A DNA stretch of 64,000 nt. Source: Alkalispirochaeta sp. Lineage in GTDB: Bacteria; Spirochaetota; Spirochaetia; DSM-27196; Alkalispirochaetaceae. Shown here piece after piece: positions 39,070-47,652 of this stretch. A program made the position numbers and the translations under genes. Where the stretch lies: positions 32,001 through 96,000 of the forward strand of contig CBDESZ010000020.1 of the NCBI GenBank assembly GCA_965242725.1, given 5' to 3'. The notes under the pieces are model-generated. The model did no database searches and was not told the DNA's origin. It saw only the letters and a list, made by a program, of their open reading frames with translations. Every line of letters starts with the position of its first letter. Within the stretch, counting starts at the first letter, position 1.

Positions 39070-39864
39070 ATGATGAGATCGCTGTGGACCGCCGCGTCGG
39101 GAATGATCGGACAACAATACAATATCGATACCGTCTCGAATAACCTTTCCAACGTGAATACGACGGGTTTCAAGCGGAATCGGGCGGACTTTGAGGACCT
39201 CCTTTACCAGACGACCCGTACCGCCGGTACGCCGGCAACGGAGCGTACCCTTGTTCCAACGCCGGTACAGGTAGGACACGGCGTCAAGGTGGCCGGTTCT
39301 TCCAAGCTGTTTCAACAGGGAAGTCTCCAGAATACCGGCAATGTCAGCGATATCGCCATTGAAGGTGAAGGCTTTTTTCGCGCCCTCGATTACGACGGTT
39401 CCTACGTCTATACCAGGGACGGAGCGTTTCAAATCGACTCCGACGGACAGCTGGTGACCAACAACGGATTGCGGGTTGCACCTGAAATCATTATGCCTCC
39501 CGATTTTATTCGTGAAACCGTAACGGTCACTGAGGACGGACGGGTATTCACCCAGGTTCCCGGACTGGAAGACCCGATCCAGGTCGGTCAGATCCAGCTG
39601 TATCGCTTTGTGAATCCCGCCGGACTGAATGCGACGGGACAGAACCTCTTCCGTCAGACGGCGGCAAGCGGAGAAGCGATCGGCGGTACACCTGGCGTTG
39701 AGGGAATGGGTCGTACCCGGCAAAAGTTTCTGGAAATGTCCAACGTCTCCGTGGTGAGCGAGATGGTCAATATGATTGTCGCTCAGCGGGCGTATGAAAT
39801 GAACAGTCGGGCGATACAGACAAGCGACACCATGCTGGGTATTGCCAACGGACTGAAGCGGTAA
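39070..39864 (+). CDS. flgG: Flagellar distal rod protein FlgG
   Basis: MMRSLWTAASGM, NNLSNVNTTGFK, FEDLLYQ, YTRDGAF, LEMSNV..EMVNMIVAQRAYE. Confidence 0.95.
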   Translation: MMRSLWTAASGMIGQQYNIDTVSNNLSNVNTTGFKRNRADFEDLLYQTTRTAGTPATERTLVPTPVQVGHGVKVAGSSKLFQQGSLQNTGNVSDIAIEGEGFFRALDYDGSYVYTRDGAFQIDSDGQLVTNNGLRVAPEIIMPPDFIRETVTVTEDGRVFTQVPGLEDPIQVGQIQLYRFVNPAGLNATGQNLFRQTAASGEAIGGTPGVEGMGRTRQKFLEMSNVSVVSEMVNMIVAQRAYEMNSRAIQTSDTMLGIANGLKR

Positions 39865-39926
39865 GACAAACATGATACCCCGCGGCGGGATGCACAGTAG
39901 CCGTCGCGGGATGAAAGGGTAGTCAC

Positions 39927-40241
39927 ATGGACGGATCGATAGGAATTTCAAACGGTTCCGCCAACCTGGCGCAGCTGCAGTTACAGAACCTCCGGTATGA
40001 GCTTCCCCGGGGCGCCGATGAAGATCGTCTCCGTACAGTTGCCGAAGACTTTGAGGCGATTTTCGTCAAGCAGATGCTGGAGAGTATGCGCGGCACCCTC
40101 AACCCCGACAACAGGCTTGTAGATACCGGCATGGCCGGCGAGATTTATGAGGATATGCTCTACGACGAGTACGCCCAGGTCATGACCAAAAGCGGCGGGT
40201 TTGGATTGGCCGATATGATTGTGAAACAGTATCGACCGTGA
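39927..40241 (+). CDS. flgJ: Rod-binding protein, single-domain FlgJ
   Basis: DFEAIFVKQMLESMR...YEDMLYDEYA...GLADMI. Confidence 0.88.
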   Translation: MDGSIGISNGSANLAQLQLQNLRYELPRGADEDRLRTVAEDFEAIFVKQMLESMRGTLNPDNRLVDTGMAGEIYEDMLYDEYAQVMTKSGGFGLADMIVKQYRP

Positions 40242-40277
40242 TATGTTCCCTCTATGAGGTGGTCTTGTTATCGCCTC

Positions 40278-40328
40278 TGTATGATAATTTGTACACCATA
40301 CGGCTGTGATTGTATAAAAAAGAATACA
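40278..40328. promoter_or_regulatory. Tandem TGTA-N10-TACA palindromes, candidate enhancer (UAS) for a sigma54 activator
   Basis: TGTATGATAATTTGTACA (40278-40295) and TGTATAAAAAAGAATACA (40311-40328), 33 bp apart. Confidence 0.6.
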
Positions 40329-40412
40329 TTCTGATTATCCCCTTCCGCGCCCCCAGGTCATAAGTCCTGATATTAAAAGTAATTATAGTCAATATACCGC
40401 GTAAACGACCTC

Positions 40413-40429
40413 TTGGCACGGCTATTGCT
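40413..40429 (+). promoter_or_regulatory. sigma54 -24/-12 promoter
   Basis: TTGGCACG-GCTA-TTGCT matches TGGCACG-N4-TTGCW; lies 21 nt before ATG 40451. Confidence 0.85.
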
Positions 40430-40450
40430 TCATTGTATGTGGAGGATAGT

Positions 40451-41296
40451 ATGGCTGAGAAAAGAATTGCGAAAAGTGCCAGGACCGATGCATTGCAGGC
40501 GTACTATGACCAGATACGACGCAGCCCCCTGCTCACCGCCGAGGACGAGCGGGAGTTGTCCATTCGTATTCAGCGAGGCGAGAGCGAAGCACGGACGCGT
40601 CTTGTGGAGTGCAATCTCAGGCTGGTGGTAAAGATCGCAAAGGCCTATATGAACCCCGATATTTCGCTTCTCGACTTGATCCAGGACGGTAACCTCGGCC
40701 TTCTCAAGGCGGCTGCCCGCTTTGACTACCGAAAAAACGTGCGTTTCAGCACCTACGCGGCGTGGTGGATCAAACAGGCAATTACCCGTTCGCTCGCCAA
40801 TCGGCGTCGGACGATCCGTCTTCCCCATCGCAAGGAAGGAGCACTCAAGCGAATACAGAGGGCCTATAATTTCCTCAGCCAGAAACTCATGCGTTCACCC
40901 TCGATAGAGGAAATCGCCGACGAGGTGAACATGAATGCCGAGGATGTGGCGGAAATCATGCACATGGCGATTACACCGGTCTCCCTCGATACCGAAATCA
41001 ATGAGGAGTCGGGGACGATCATGGATTTAATCGAGGACAACTCGTATGCCCCCGATCTCTTTGTCATGGAAAAAATGCTCAGGGATGAAGCTCGGGCAAG
41101 TCTCAAAGTACTGAAAGACCGGGAGCAGCGTGTCCTGCGGTACCGCTTTGCCCTGGACGGAGGAGAACGGTACACACTGAAAAAAGTTTCCGACACGATG
41201 GGGATATCCCCTGAAACGGTCCGTCAAATCGAAATGCGGGCAATTAAGAAGCTTCGCCGGGACGCCGATCATTTGAAGGAGATGATGGCAAACTGA
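40451..41296 (+). CDS. Short RpoD/RpoS-family sigma70 factor lacking region 1.1 (RpoS-like)
   Basis: LLTAEDE, NLRLVVKIAK, DLIQDGNLGL, RFSTYAAWWIKQAI, ETVRQIE; GGAGG RBS. Confidence 0.88.
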   Translation: MAEKRIAKSARTDALQAYYDQIRRSPLLTAEDERELSIRIQRGESEARTRLVECNLRLVVKIAKAYMNPDISLLDLIQDGNLGLLKAAARFDYRKNVRFSTYAAWWIKQAITRSLANRRRTIRLPHRKEGALKRIQRAYNFLSQKLMRSPSIEEIADEVNMNAEDVAEIMHMAITPVSLDTEINEESGTIMDLIEDNSYAPDLFVMEKMLRDEARASLKVLKDREQRVLRYRFALDGGERYTLKKVSDTMGISPETVRQIEMRAIKKLRRDADHLKEMMAN

Positions 41297-41309
41297 CCGG
41301 CGGAGGACC

Positions 41310-42257
41310 ATGAAACGAATTTTCTACATTTTGATTCTTTCTCTCGTGCTCGCTTCCGCTGTGTCGGCAATTGCATTCCTTGTCTATCCCGACGCGGCGG
41401 TGAACGGTGACGTACGTGAGGAAGGCGATAGCGCCGGCGTTGAACCCGTTGAAAACGAGAAGGGAAGGAACGAACAGCCGGGGGCGGAGTCTGCGGTACC
41501 TCTGGGGCGACGGGACGATGAAACGCGGGAGCCCGCTGTACCCGAGGATGACCGGGAAGGGAAAAAACTCTACCTGATACTTGACGATGGTGGTCACAGC
41601 ATCGACCAATTACGCCGGTTTACCCCTTTCCCCGGCGTATTCACCGTCGCGGTTCTCCCCGGACTTGCCGACAGTGTGGAGGTGGCGAGAATGACCGTCG
41701 CCCTCGGACATGAGCTCATCCTGCACCAGCCGATGGAGGCGCAGGGAGGCAACGACCCGGGGCCGGGTGCAATCTATACGGTGCAACGGGACCATCAAAT
41801 ACGGCGCGTTCTGCGCAGAAATCTCGCCCAGTTTCCCGACGCGATTGGAGTCAATAACCATATGGGCAGCAAGGCGACGCAAGACAGGCGGGTCATGGAA
41901 GCGGTCATATCGGCACTGACCATACGGGACCTCTTCTTTCTTGACAGCAGAACGACGGCGGAAAGCGTCGTGGATGGGGTCAACACATCCCACCTCCGAC
42001 CTCCTCTCCGCCGGGACGTCTTTCTCGACAACGTGAGAACCGAAGAGGCGATATCGAAGCAGCTCGATCTGGCCCTTCGACTCGCAGATCGTCGAGGGCA
42101 TGCCGTCATGATCGGGCACGTCACCTCCGGGGAGCTTGCCCGGGTGCTTCTCTCCCGATACGATGAAATAACGGCGGCGGGGTATGAGTTTTTCCCCATC
42201 AGCGATCTGGCCGTCGGAGAGGAAGCACGCCTGGCTCATGAGGATACTGGGAATTGA
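41310..42257 (+). CDS. Divergent polysaccharide deacetylase family protein
   Basis: ILDDGG, LHQPME, GVNNHMGS, FLDSRT, RDVFLDN, IGH; N-terminal TM. Confidence 0.9.
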   Translation: MKRIFYILILSLVLASAVSAIAFLVYPDAAVNGDVREEGDSAGVEPVENEKGRNEQPGAESAVPLGRRDDETREPAVPEDDREGKKLYLILDDGGHSIDQLRRFTPFPGVFTVAVLPGLADSVEVARMTVALGHELILHQPMEAQGGNDPGPGAIYTVQRDHQIRRVLRRNLAQFPDAIGVNNHMGSKATQDRRVMEAVISALTIRDLFFLDSRTTAESVVDGVNTSHLRPPLRRDVFLDNVRTEEAISKQLDLALRLADRRGHAVMIGHVTSGELARVLLSRYDEITAAGYEFFPISDLAVGEEARLAHEDTGN

Positions 42258-43281
42258 AAGCTCCTGTGACGAGACCTCCGCGTCGATCGTCCGGGACGGA
42301 ACGACGATAGAATCGCTTATCATCGCATCACAGACGGAAATTCACGCTCGATATCACGGGGTGGTGCCGGAAGTTGCCTCCCGGGCACATGTGGAGCAGA
42401 TACTCCCAGTGGTGACAGCCGCCATTGATGAGGCCGGCGGTATCCCTCCCGACGGCGTGGCGGTGAGCAACCGTCCGGGCCTGAGCGGCGCTCTTGCGGT
42501 AGGTGTCTCCTTTGCCAAGACGTACGCCTGGGCGACGGGGCTTCCCTTTGTCGCCGTTGACCATATGCACGCCCACGCCTACGCCGCATTTCTTGATGCA
42601 GAACCGGATACCGGAACCGAAGGTAAACGGCAACCGTTGACCTATCCCTACATCGTGCTTCTCGTTTCCGGAGGACACACGATGATCGGCGTGAGTCGCG
42701 GGCCCAGGGAGCTTGATGTGCTGGGGACGACTATCGACGACGCCTGTGGCGAGGCCTACGACAAGGTGAGCGCCTTTATCGGAACGGGGTATCCCGGCGG
42801 TCCCGTTATTGACCGTCTGGCGGCGGACGGTGATCCACGGGCGTGTGATTTTCCCCGTCCACGACTGAACCGCGCAAATGACCGGTACGATCTCTCCTAT
42901 TCCGGTCTGAAGACGGCGGTGGTTCATCAGCTCGACCGCTTCTGGGACTCCGCGTATCCCCGGACACGGGAGAATCTCGCCGCCGCATTTCAGCACACCG
43001 CCATCGGCATGGTTGTCGATCGGGTGGTGAATGCAATGGACGATACCGGAATCAACACGGTTGTCGCCGGCGGCGGAGTTGCGTCAAACAGTGAGTTGCG
43101 CCGCCGTCTCTACCGTCTGAAGGACGAGCGGGGCGCACAGGTGGTGATTCCGCCGCCCAGACTGTGTGTCGACAACGGTGCGATGGTTGCCGGATTGGGG
43201 TACCAACTCCTCACCGCAGGCGAGAGAACGGACTGGGATGTGGGTGTCTACGCCCGGGTACCTGCATTTCGCGGGCGCTGA
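42238..43281 (+). CDS. tsaD: tRNA threonylcarbamoyltransferase TsaD
   Basis: MRILGIESSCDET, GVVPEVASRAH, HMHAH, VSGGHT, DDACGEAYDK, SYSGLKTA, DNGAMV. Confidence 0.95.
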   Translation: MRILGIESSCDETSASIVRDGTTIESLIIASQTEIHARYHGVVPEVASRAHVEQILPVVTAAIDEAGGIPPDGVAVSNRPGLSGALAVGVSFAKTYAWATGLPFVAVDHMHAHAYAAFLDAEPDTGTEGKRQPLTYPYIVLLVSGGHTMIGVSRGPRELDVLGTTIDDACGEAYDKVSAFIGTGYPGGPVIDRLAADGDPRACDFPRPRLNRANDRYDLSYSGLKTAVVHQLDRFWDSAYPRTRENLAAAFQHTAIGMVVDRVVNAMDDTGINTVVAGGGVASNSELRRRLYRLKDERGAQVVIPPPRLCVDNGAMVAGLGYQLLTAGERTDWDVGVYARVPAFRGR

Positions 43282-43290
43282 CACAAACGT

Positions 43291-44274
43291 TCAGCTGCGA
43301 CCACCGTGGGGTGCGGTAAAATCCTCGGCAAGTTCCTGCAGATCCTCGTCATCGGGATAGAGCCTGGGCGTCTCCGGCACCGGCTCCTCGATGAGCCGCC
43401 CGGCGCACTGACTGACGGCCAGGGAGAACTGGCTCTGCGGGTAGGTAAGTAGCGTTGGTGAACGTTCCAGAGCGCTTCGCGACGCAAGTTCGTCCTGAGG
43501 AAAATATGCGATAAACTCAACATCGCTCCTGAGATTGTTCCGTACGACCTGGCGCAGTCTGCCGCCGAGACGGATATCCTGGGGGTTGCGTCCCATGTTC
43601 ATGATGATCCGCGGACGAAAGCCGTCAAGTGCCTCACGGGCCGTCTGCCCGCTCTCAGGATTGATGTCGTAGATCCGGGATACCAGGGTGTTCATCGTTG
43701 CATCCTGTCCTTCCACCTTTTCCTGCATGAAATCGAGGACGCATCGCCGCTCGTCGCTCTTGCCGGGGAAGGTGCGATGCAGGAGACGCAGCATCGCCGC
43801 CTTGAGAAAGGCGTAGGCGTTGAGAATGGCCGTCGTATCCGGGGTGGTGACGACGAGCCCGGACCGGGAGGTGAGAAAAAAATCGAGGGTGTTGTAGGTC
43901 GTACCCGAACCGAGGTCTATGAGGACGAAATCGGCGGTGAGGTTGTCCAATTCCTTCAGAATCGCCAGTTTACGCCAGTAGGGGAGGTTGGCGGTACCGC
44001 TGAAGAGGCTGTCGCCGGCGATGAAAAAGAGGCGGTCCTGGGTAGTGGGTACGACCAGCTGTTCCAGGGATTCAACCTTCCTGTTGATGAAATGACCGAT
44101 GCCTTCGTGACGGTTGCGGATTCCCAGCACCGTATGGAGGTTGCTTCCCCCCAGATCGAGATCCACGAGAATCACCGTCTTGTTCTGCTGCGCCAGAGAT
44201 ATGCCGAGATTTGCGGTGACCAGCGTTTTGCCCACGCCGCCCTTGCCGCTTGCCACAGGTATCCGGTATTGCAT
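43291..44274 (-). CDS. MinD/FlhG-family P-loop ATPase
   Basis: SGKGGVGKT, DLDLGGSNLH, IDLGSG; TTGCAT-17-TATAGT promoter favours the second ATG (44274). Confidence 0.85.
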   Translation of the reverse strand: MQYRIPVASGKGGVGKTLVTANLGISLAQQNKTVILVDLDLGGSNLHTVLGIRNRHEGIGHFINRKVESLEQLVVPTTQDRLFFIAGDSLFSGTANLPYWRKLAILKELDNLTADFVLIDLGSGTTYNTLDFFLTSRSGLVVTTPDTTAILNAYAFLKAAMLRLLHRTFPGKSDERRCVLDFMQEKVEGQDATMNTLVSRIYDINPESGQTAREALDGFRPRIIMNMGRNPQDIRLGGRLRQVVRNNLRSDVEFIAYFPQDELASRSALERSPTLLTYPQSQFSLAVSQCAGRLIEEPVPETPRLYPDDEDLQELAEDFTAPHGGRS

Positions 44275-44425
44275 CGCCATGTACTATATGCCCTCCGGCG
44301 GGGAGATGCAAAGGGCGGCGGGTCGACGACGGGTGGCGGAGAGGTATCGCAAAACGTGGCTGCGACGGAAATGACGGGTTCGTCGATATTGACCTCCCGG
44401 GAAATCCGTCGGATACTCACACCCG

Positions 44426-44959
44426 ATGAAACAGGATCGGATTATCGACAATGCCATCAGGAAAGTCCCCAACTTTCCCAAGCCGGGAATTTTGTTTTAT
44501 GACCTCACCAGCCTGCTTGCTGCGCCGCATGCATTTGCCCACACCGTAGACCGGATGGAGCAGTTGTACGAAGTGGAAAATCTGGATGCCGTGGCTGCTA
44601 TCGAGGCGCGCGGATTTTTGCTGGCCGCTCCCTTTGCCCTCCGACAGGGGCTGCCTCTCGTACTGTTGCGGAAAAAGGGAAAGCTTCCCGGCCGTGTTTT
44701 GAGCAGGGAGTTTGAACTGGAATATGGCACCGATCGTATAGAGGTTCACCAGGAAGATGTCCCTCAGGGGGGACGCATCCTCGTTGTCGACGATTTGATT
44801 GCCACCGGCGGGACCGTTGAGGCGGCGTGTGAACTGATCGAGGAGGCGGGCGCCGTAGTGGCAGGCGTCTTTGCGGTGGTGGCGCTGCCGTTTCTCAATT
44901 TCCGTGAGAAGCTCGGTGGACGTACCGTTCACTATCTGCAGGAGTACGCGACGGAATAG
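44426..44959 (+). CDS. apt: Adenine phosphoribosyltransferase
   Basis: FPKPGILFYD, IEARGF, RKKGKLP, LEYG, VDDLIATGGT. Confidence 0.95.
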   Translation: MKQDRIIDNAIRKVPNFPKPGILFYDLTSLLAAPHAFAHTVDRMEQLYEVENLDAVAAIEARGFLLAAPFALRQGLPLVLLRKKGKLPGRVLSREFELEYGTDRIEVHQEDVPQGGRILVVDDLIATGGTVEAACELIEEAGAVVAGVFAVVALPFLNFREKLGGRTVHYLQEYATE

Positions 44960-45106
44960 CGGCCGTCTCCGCGTACGGCTCAGGCGTTGTTGCCGTCGGG
45001 AGCCGGCGTGGACGTTCAGTTGAGCCGGTGCGGGTTCGGCGCGGCGCAATTACGACGGCGGCCCTTCCCCGGGGATCATTCCCCGTGATTGGAGCAGGTA
45101 AAATAC

Positions 45107-45135
45107 TTGACAGAGCGCCGGCGCGACGCTATAGT
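45107..45135 (+). promoter_or_regulatory. sigma70 promoter of the tRNA pair
   Basis: TTGACA-17 bp-TATAGT. Confidence 0.8.
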
Positions 45136-45149
45136 GCCACCGTTCAAGA

Positions 45150-45220
45150 TTCCCGGTAGTGTAATGGTAGCACCACAGATTCTGGATCTGTTTGTGGGGG
45201 TTCAAGTCCTCCCCGGGAAG
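45150..45220 (+). tRNA. tRNA-Gln(CTG)
   Basis: TTCCCGG/CCGGGAA acceptor; ACAGA-TT-CTG-GA-TCTGT anticodon arm; GTTCAAGTC T loop. Confidence 0.93.
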
Positions 45221-45226
45221 CTTCTT

Positions 45227-45299
45227 GGCCCCTTCGTCTAGTGGCCCAGGACGTGAGATTCTCATTCTCAAAACAGGGGTTCGATTCCCCTAGGGGCTA
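45227..45299 (+). tRNA. tRNA-Glu(CTC)
   Basis: GGCCCCT/AGGGGCT acceptor; TGAGA-TT-CTC-AT-TCTCA anticodon arm; GTTCGATTC. Confidence 0.93.
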
Positions 45300-45302
45300 T
45301 TC

Positions 45303-45334
45303 AGCCGGCAGTCATCGTACTTGCCGGCTTTTTT
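45303..45334 (+). terminator. Rho-independent terminator after the tRNAs
   Basis: AGCCGGCA...TGCCGGCT stem followed by a T run. Confidence 0.8.
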
Positions 45335-46287
45335 TATCTCGTTTGCGACCGTTTGAGTTGTCGGAGATAGAATGTTTCACCCCGGTATTTCTTTTCAAGG
45401 AGCTGCCCCGAGCTGATCAGGTCATCGACCAGCGACCAGGGATTCCCGCCTTTTGATACGAGCCGAACCATGTCGTCCCGGCGTACCGGGTGCACGGAGG
45501 TTATGGCGAGAATACCGTCGGCAACGTTGTCGCCGGTATTGAATTCCCCTTCTTCGTGGGTCACATTCAGTTCCGTCTTGATACCGCCGTCACTGAAGGT
45601 ACGATATGCGGTGAGGATTTCCTGTTCGTCCGGTGGTTCAACCCACGACTCGGCGGGAGGGCGTGTCGGAATTGAGAGGTATGCAATATCGGGAGCGATT
45701 TGTGCGATCAGGCGTGCCAGCGCACTCACCTGTTCCGTTGTCGTGTTGAGACCTTTTACAAGCATCGTCTCCGTTGCAAAAACGCCTTGGTAACGTCGCC
45801 GGAACTCTATGATCCCTTCAATGACGGTCCGGTAGTCAAGGGACCGGGAGGGGCGGTCAATCAAACGCCATGTGTGTTCATCGGCGGCATCGATCTTCAC
45901 GGAAACCCAGTCCGCCTGTGCTACAGCCGCCGTGACTTCCGGCTTGAAGAGGAGGCTTCCATTGGTAATGACCGCGCAGCGGACATCGCTTTCTTCACCG
46001 ATTCCCTGTAGGAGGGAACCAAGGTTTGTGTCGAGGGTCGGTTCCCCGTCGGGTACGATCGTGACGTAATCAACTCCGTTCTCGTCGCCGTCGTCACGAA
46101 GGACGCAAAGAACCTCGGAAGCCACGTCCACTGGGGCATAGAACTCCTGCAGTTCCGTCGTGACCCGTTGCGGCGCGCCAAGCTGGCAGTAGACACATGC
46201 GTAACTGCAATATTTTGGAGGGATATTGTTGACGCCGAGACTACGTCCCAACCGGCGTGAAGGTACGGGACCATAAATATATTTCAT
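45334..46287 (-). CDS. Radical SAM protein
   Basis: YGPVPSRRLGRSLG, CSYACVYC, DGEPTL, ITNGSL, RPPAE. Confidence 0.88.
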   Translation of the reverse strand: MKYIYGPVPSRRLGRSLGVNNIPPKYCSYACVYCQLGAPQRVTTELQEFYAPVDVASEVLCVLRDDGDENGVDYVTIVPDGEPTLDTNLGSLLQGIGEESDVRCAVITNGSLLFKPEVTAAVAQADWVSVKIDAADEHTWRLIDRPSRSLDYRTVIEGIIEFRRRYQGVFATETMLVKGLNTTTEQVSALARLIAQIAPDIAYLSIPTRPPAESWVEPPDEQEILTAYRTFSDGGIKTELNVTHEEGEFNTGDNVADGILAITSVHPVRRDDMVRLVSKGGNPWSLVDDLISSGQLLEKKYRGETFYLRQLKRSQTR

Positions 46288-46377
46288 TATACCATAATTG
46301 TAGTTCACCGGCGGCGGCTATGAAAGGGGCGCTTCGACTCCTCCGTCCATGCCGGCGCGTCTACAGGGTATCCAATA

Positions 46378-46446
46378 CCGGTTCAACCCCGAATTGTTAC
46401 GGTTCAGGCTACTCGTCCGGGCCGCGACGGATGGAGGACGTACAAT
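46378..46446 (+). promoter_or_regulatory. LytTR-type direct repeat operator and -10 element
   Basis: CGGTTCA at 46379 and 46400 (21-bp period); TACAAT at 46441 with no recognisable -35. Confidence 0.7.
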
Positions 46447-46478
46447 GGCCCAACACATTTTCCAAGGAGGATTGTTCG

Positions 46479-47552
46479 ATGAGACGAAACAGCATAGTAC
46501 TGTTCCTGATTCTCACTGCGACGCTTGCCTTTGCGTCGGGAACCCAGGAAGGGGCGGCGGCGGACCAGCCGGAAGAACGGGAGCTTGTGGTATACAGCAC
46601 CATATTTGCTGAATATGCCGAAGCGATGAAAGAGGGATTCGAGGCACTTCATCCCGGTGTCACCGTGCATGTACTGAACCCCGGTGGAACCGAGGCGATG
46701 TTCATGAAACTGGAGTCGGAGCGTGAAAATCCCCAGGCCGATGTCGTTCACGCCGGGTCCATGATCAACTACCAGAATGCGGTAAATCTGGGGCTTCTTG
46801 AACCATATGCGCCTCAGGCGCCGGGCTTTCAATCCTCCATCCCGGTTGGTGACGGGCAGCTGAACCTGAGTCATCCCGAAGACTACTACCACGTATGGTC
46901 GTTGATGTTTACGGGCATCATGTACAACCAACAGGTATTGGACCGATACGACCTCCCCGTACCCCGGACATATCAGGACCTGGCAAATCCCGTCTATAAG
47001 GACCAGATCATCAGTGCCGATCCCCTGAAGTCTTCCACCGCCAGCTCCAACGTCATGGCGATGCTGCAGATATATGGGGATGACGCTCCCCAACTCTGGG
47101 CCGGCATCAATGAAAACCTTCCGTATTACTCCGGATCGAGCTCTCGGATTTACACGCTTGTGAGCAAGGGTGAATTTGCCCTGGCGATCGGTCTCTCCCG
47201 ACCGGCTCTCGTGGCGATGCAGGAAGGCTTTCCCGTGGACTTCGTTTTTCCCGCCGACGGAAGTCAGATTTACGACAACTCCATGGGTATCGTCGCCGAC
47301 GCGAAGAACCCCGACCTCGCCAGAGAGTTTGTTGATTTCATTCTCAGTGACGAGATGCAGTTGAAGGGGTCGGAGTATCTCTACATTCCCGTTAAGTCCG
47401 GCGTCATCGATCCGTCGCTGCCGTTCAGTCTGGAAAGCGCCACCGCGGAGATAGGTACGATCTACTCCCCGGATCCGCAACTTGCGGACGAAAACCGGCA
47501 GCTCATCCAGGATACCTTCGGCGAGTACATTCGCAATAAAGGCACCCAATAA
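46479..47552 (+). CDS. ABC substrate-binding protein (Fe3+/AfuA/phosphonate-like family)
   Basis: Signal peptide FASGTQE, LVVYS, ENPQADV, GLLEPY, DPLKSST, AREFVDFILS; AGGAGG RBS. Confidence 0.85.
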   Translation: MRRNSIVLFLILTATLAFASGTQEGAAADQPEERELVVYSTIFAEYAEAMKEGFEALHPGVTVHVLNPGGTEAMFMKLESERENPQADVVHAGSMINYQNAVNLGLLEPYAPQAPGFQSSIPVGDGQLNLSHPEDYYHVWSLMFTGIMYNQQVLDRYDLPVPRTYQDLANPVYKDQIISADPLKSSTASSNVMAMLQIYGDDAPQLWAGINENLPYYSGSSSRIYTLVSKGEFALAIGLSRPALVAMQEGFPVDFVFPADGSQIYDNSMGIVADAKNPDLAREFVDFILSDEMQLKGSEYLYIPVKSGVIDPSLPFSLESATAEIGTIYSPDPQLADENRQLIQDTFGEYIRNKGTQ

Positions 47553-47573
47553 TACGCAGCCTTTGTGAAGGTT

Positions 47574-47637
47574 CGCGCCGCTTGCCTGCTGGTCGGTCCG
47601 CTCCGGCGGCTGCCGGCGGGCACGGCGCGCTATTTTT
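47574..47637 (+). other. Long GC-rich stem-loop after the binding-protein gene
   Basis: CGCGCCG..TGCCTGCTGG.....CCGGCGGGCA-CGGCGCG followed by CTATTTTT. Confidence 0.5.
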
Positions 47638-47652
47638 ACCTATACGGAGCAC

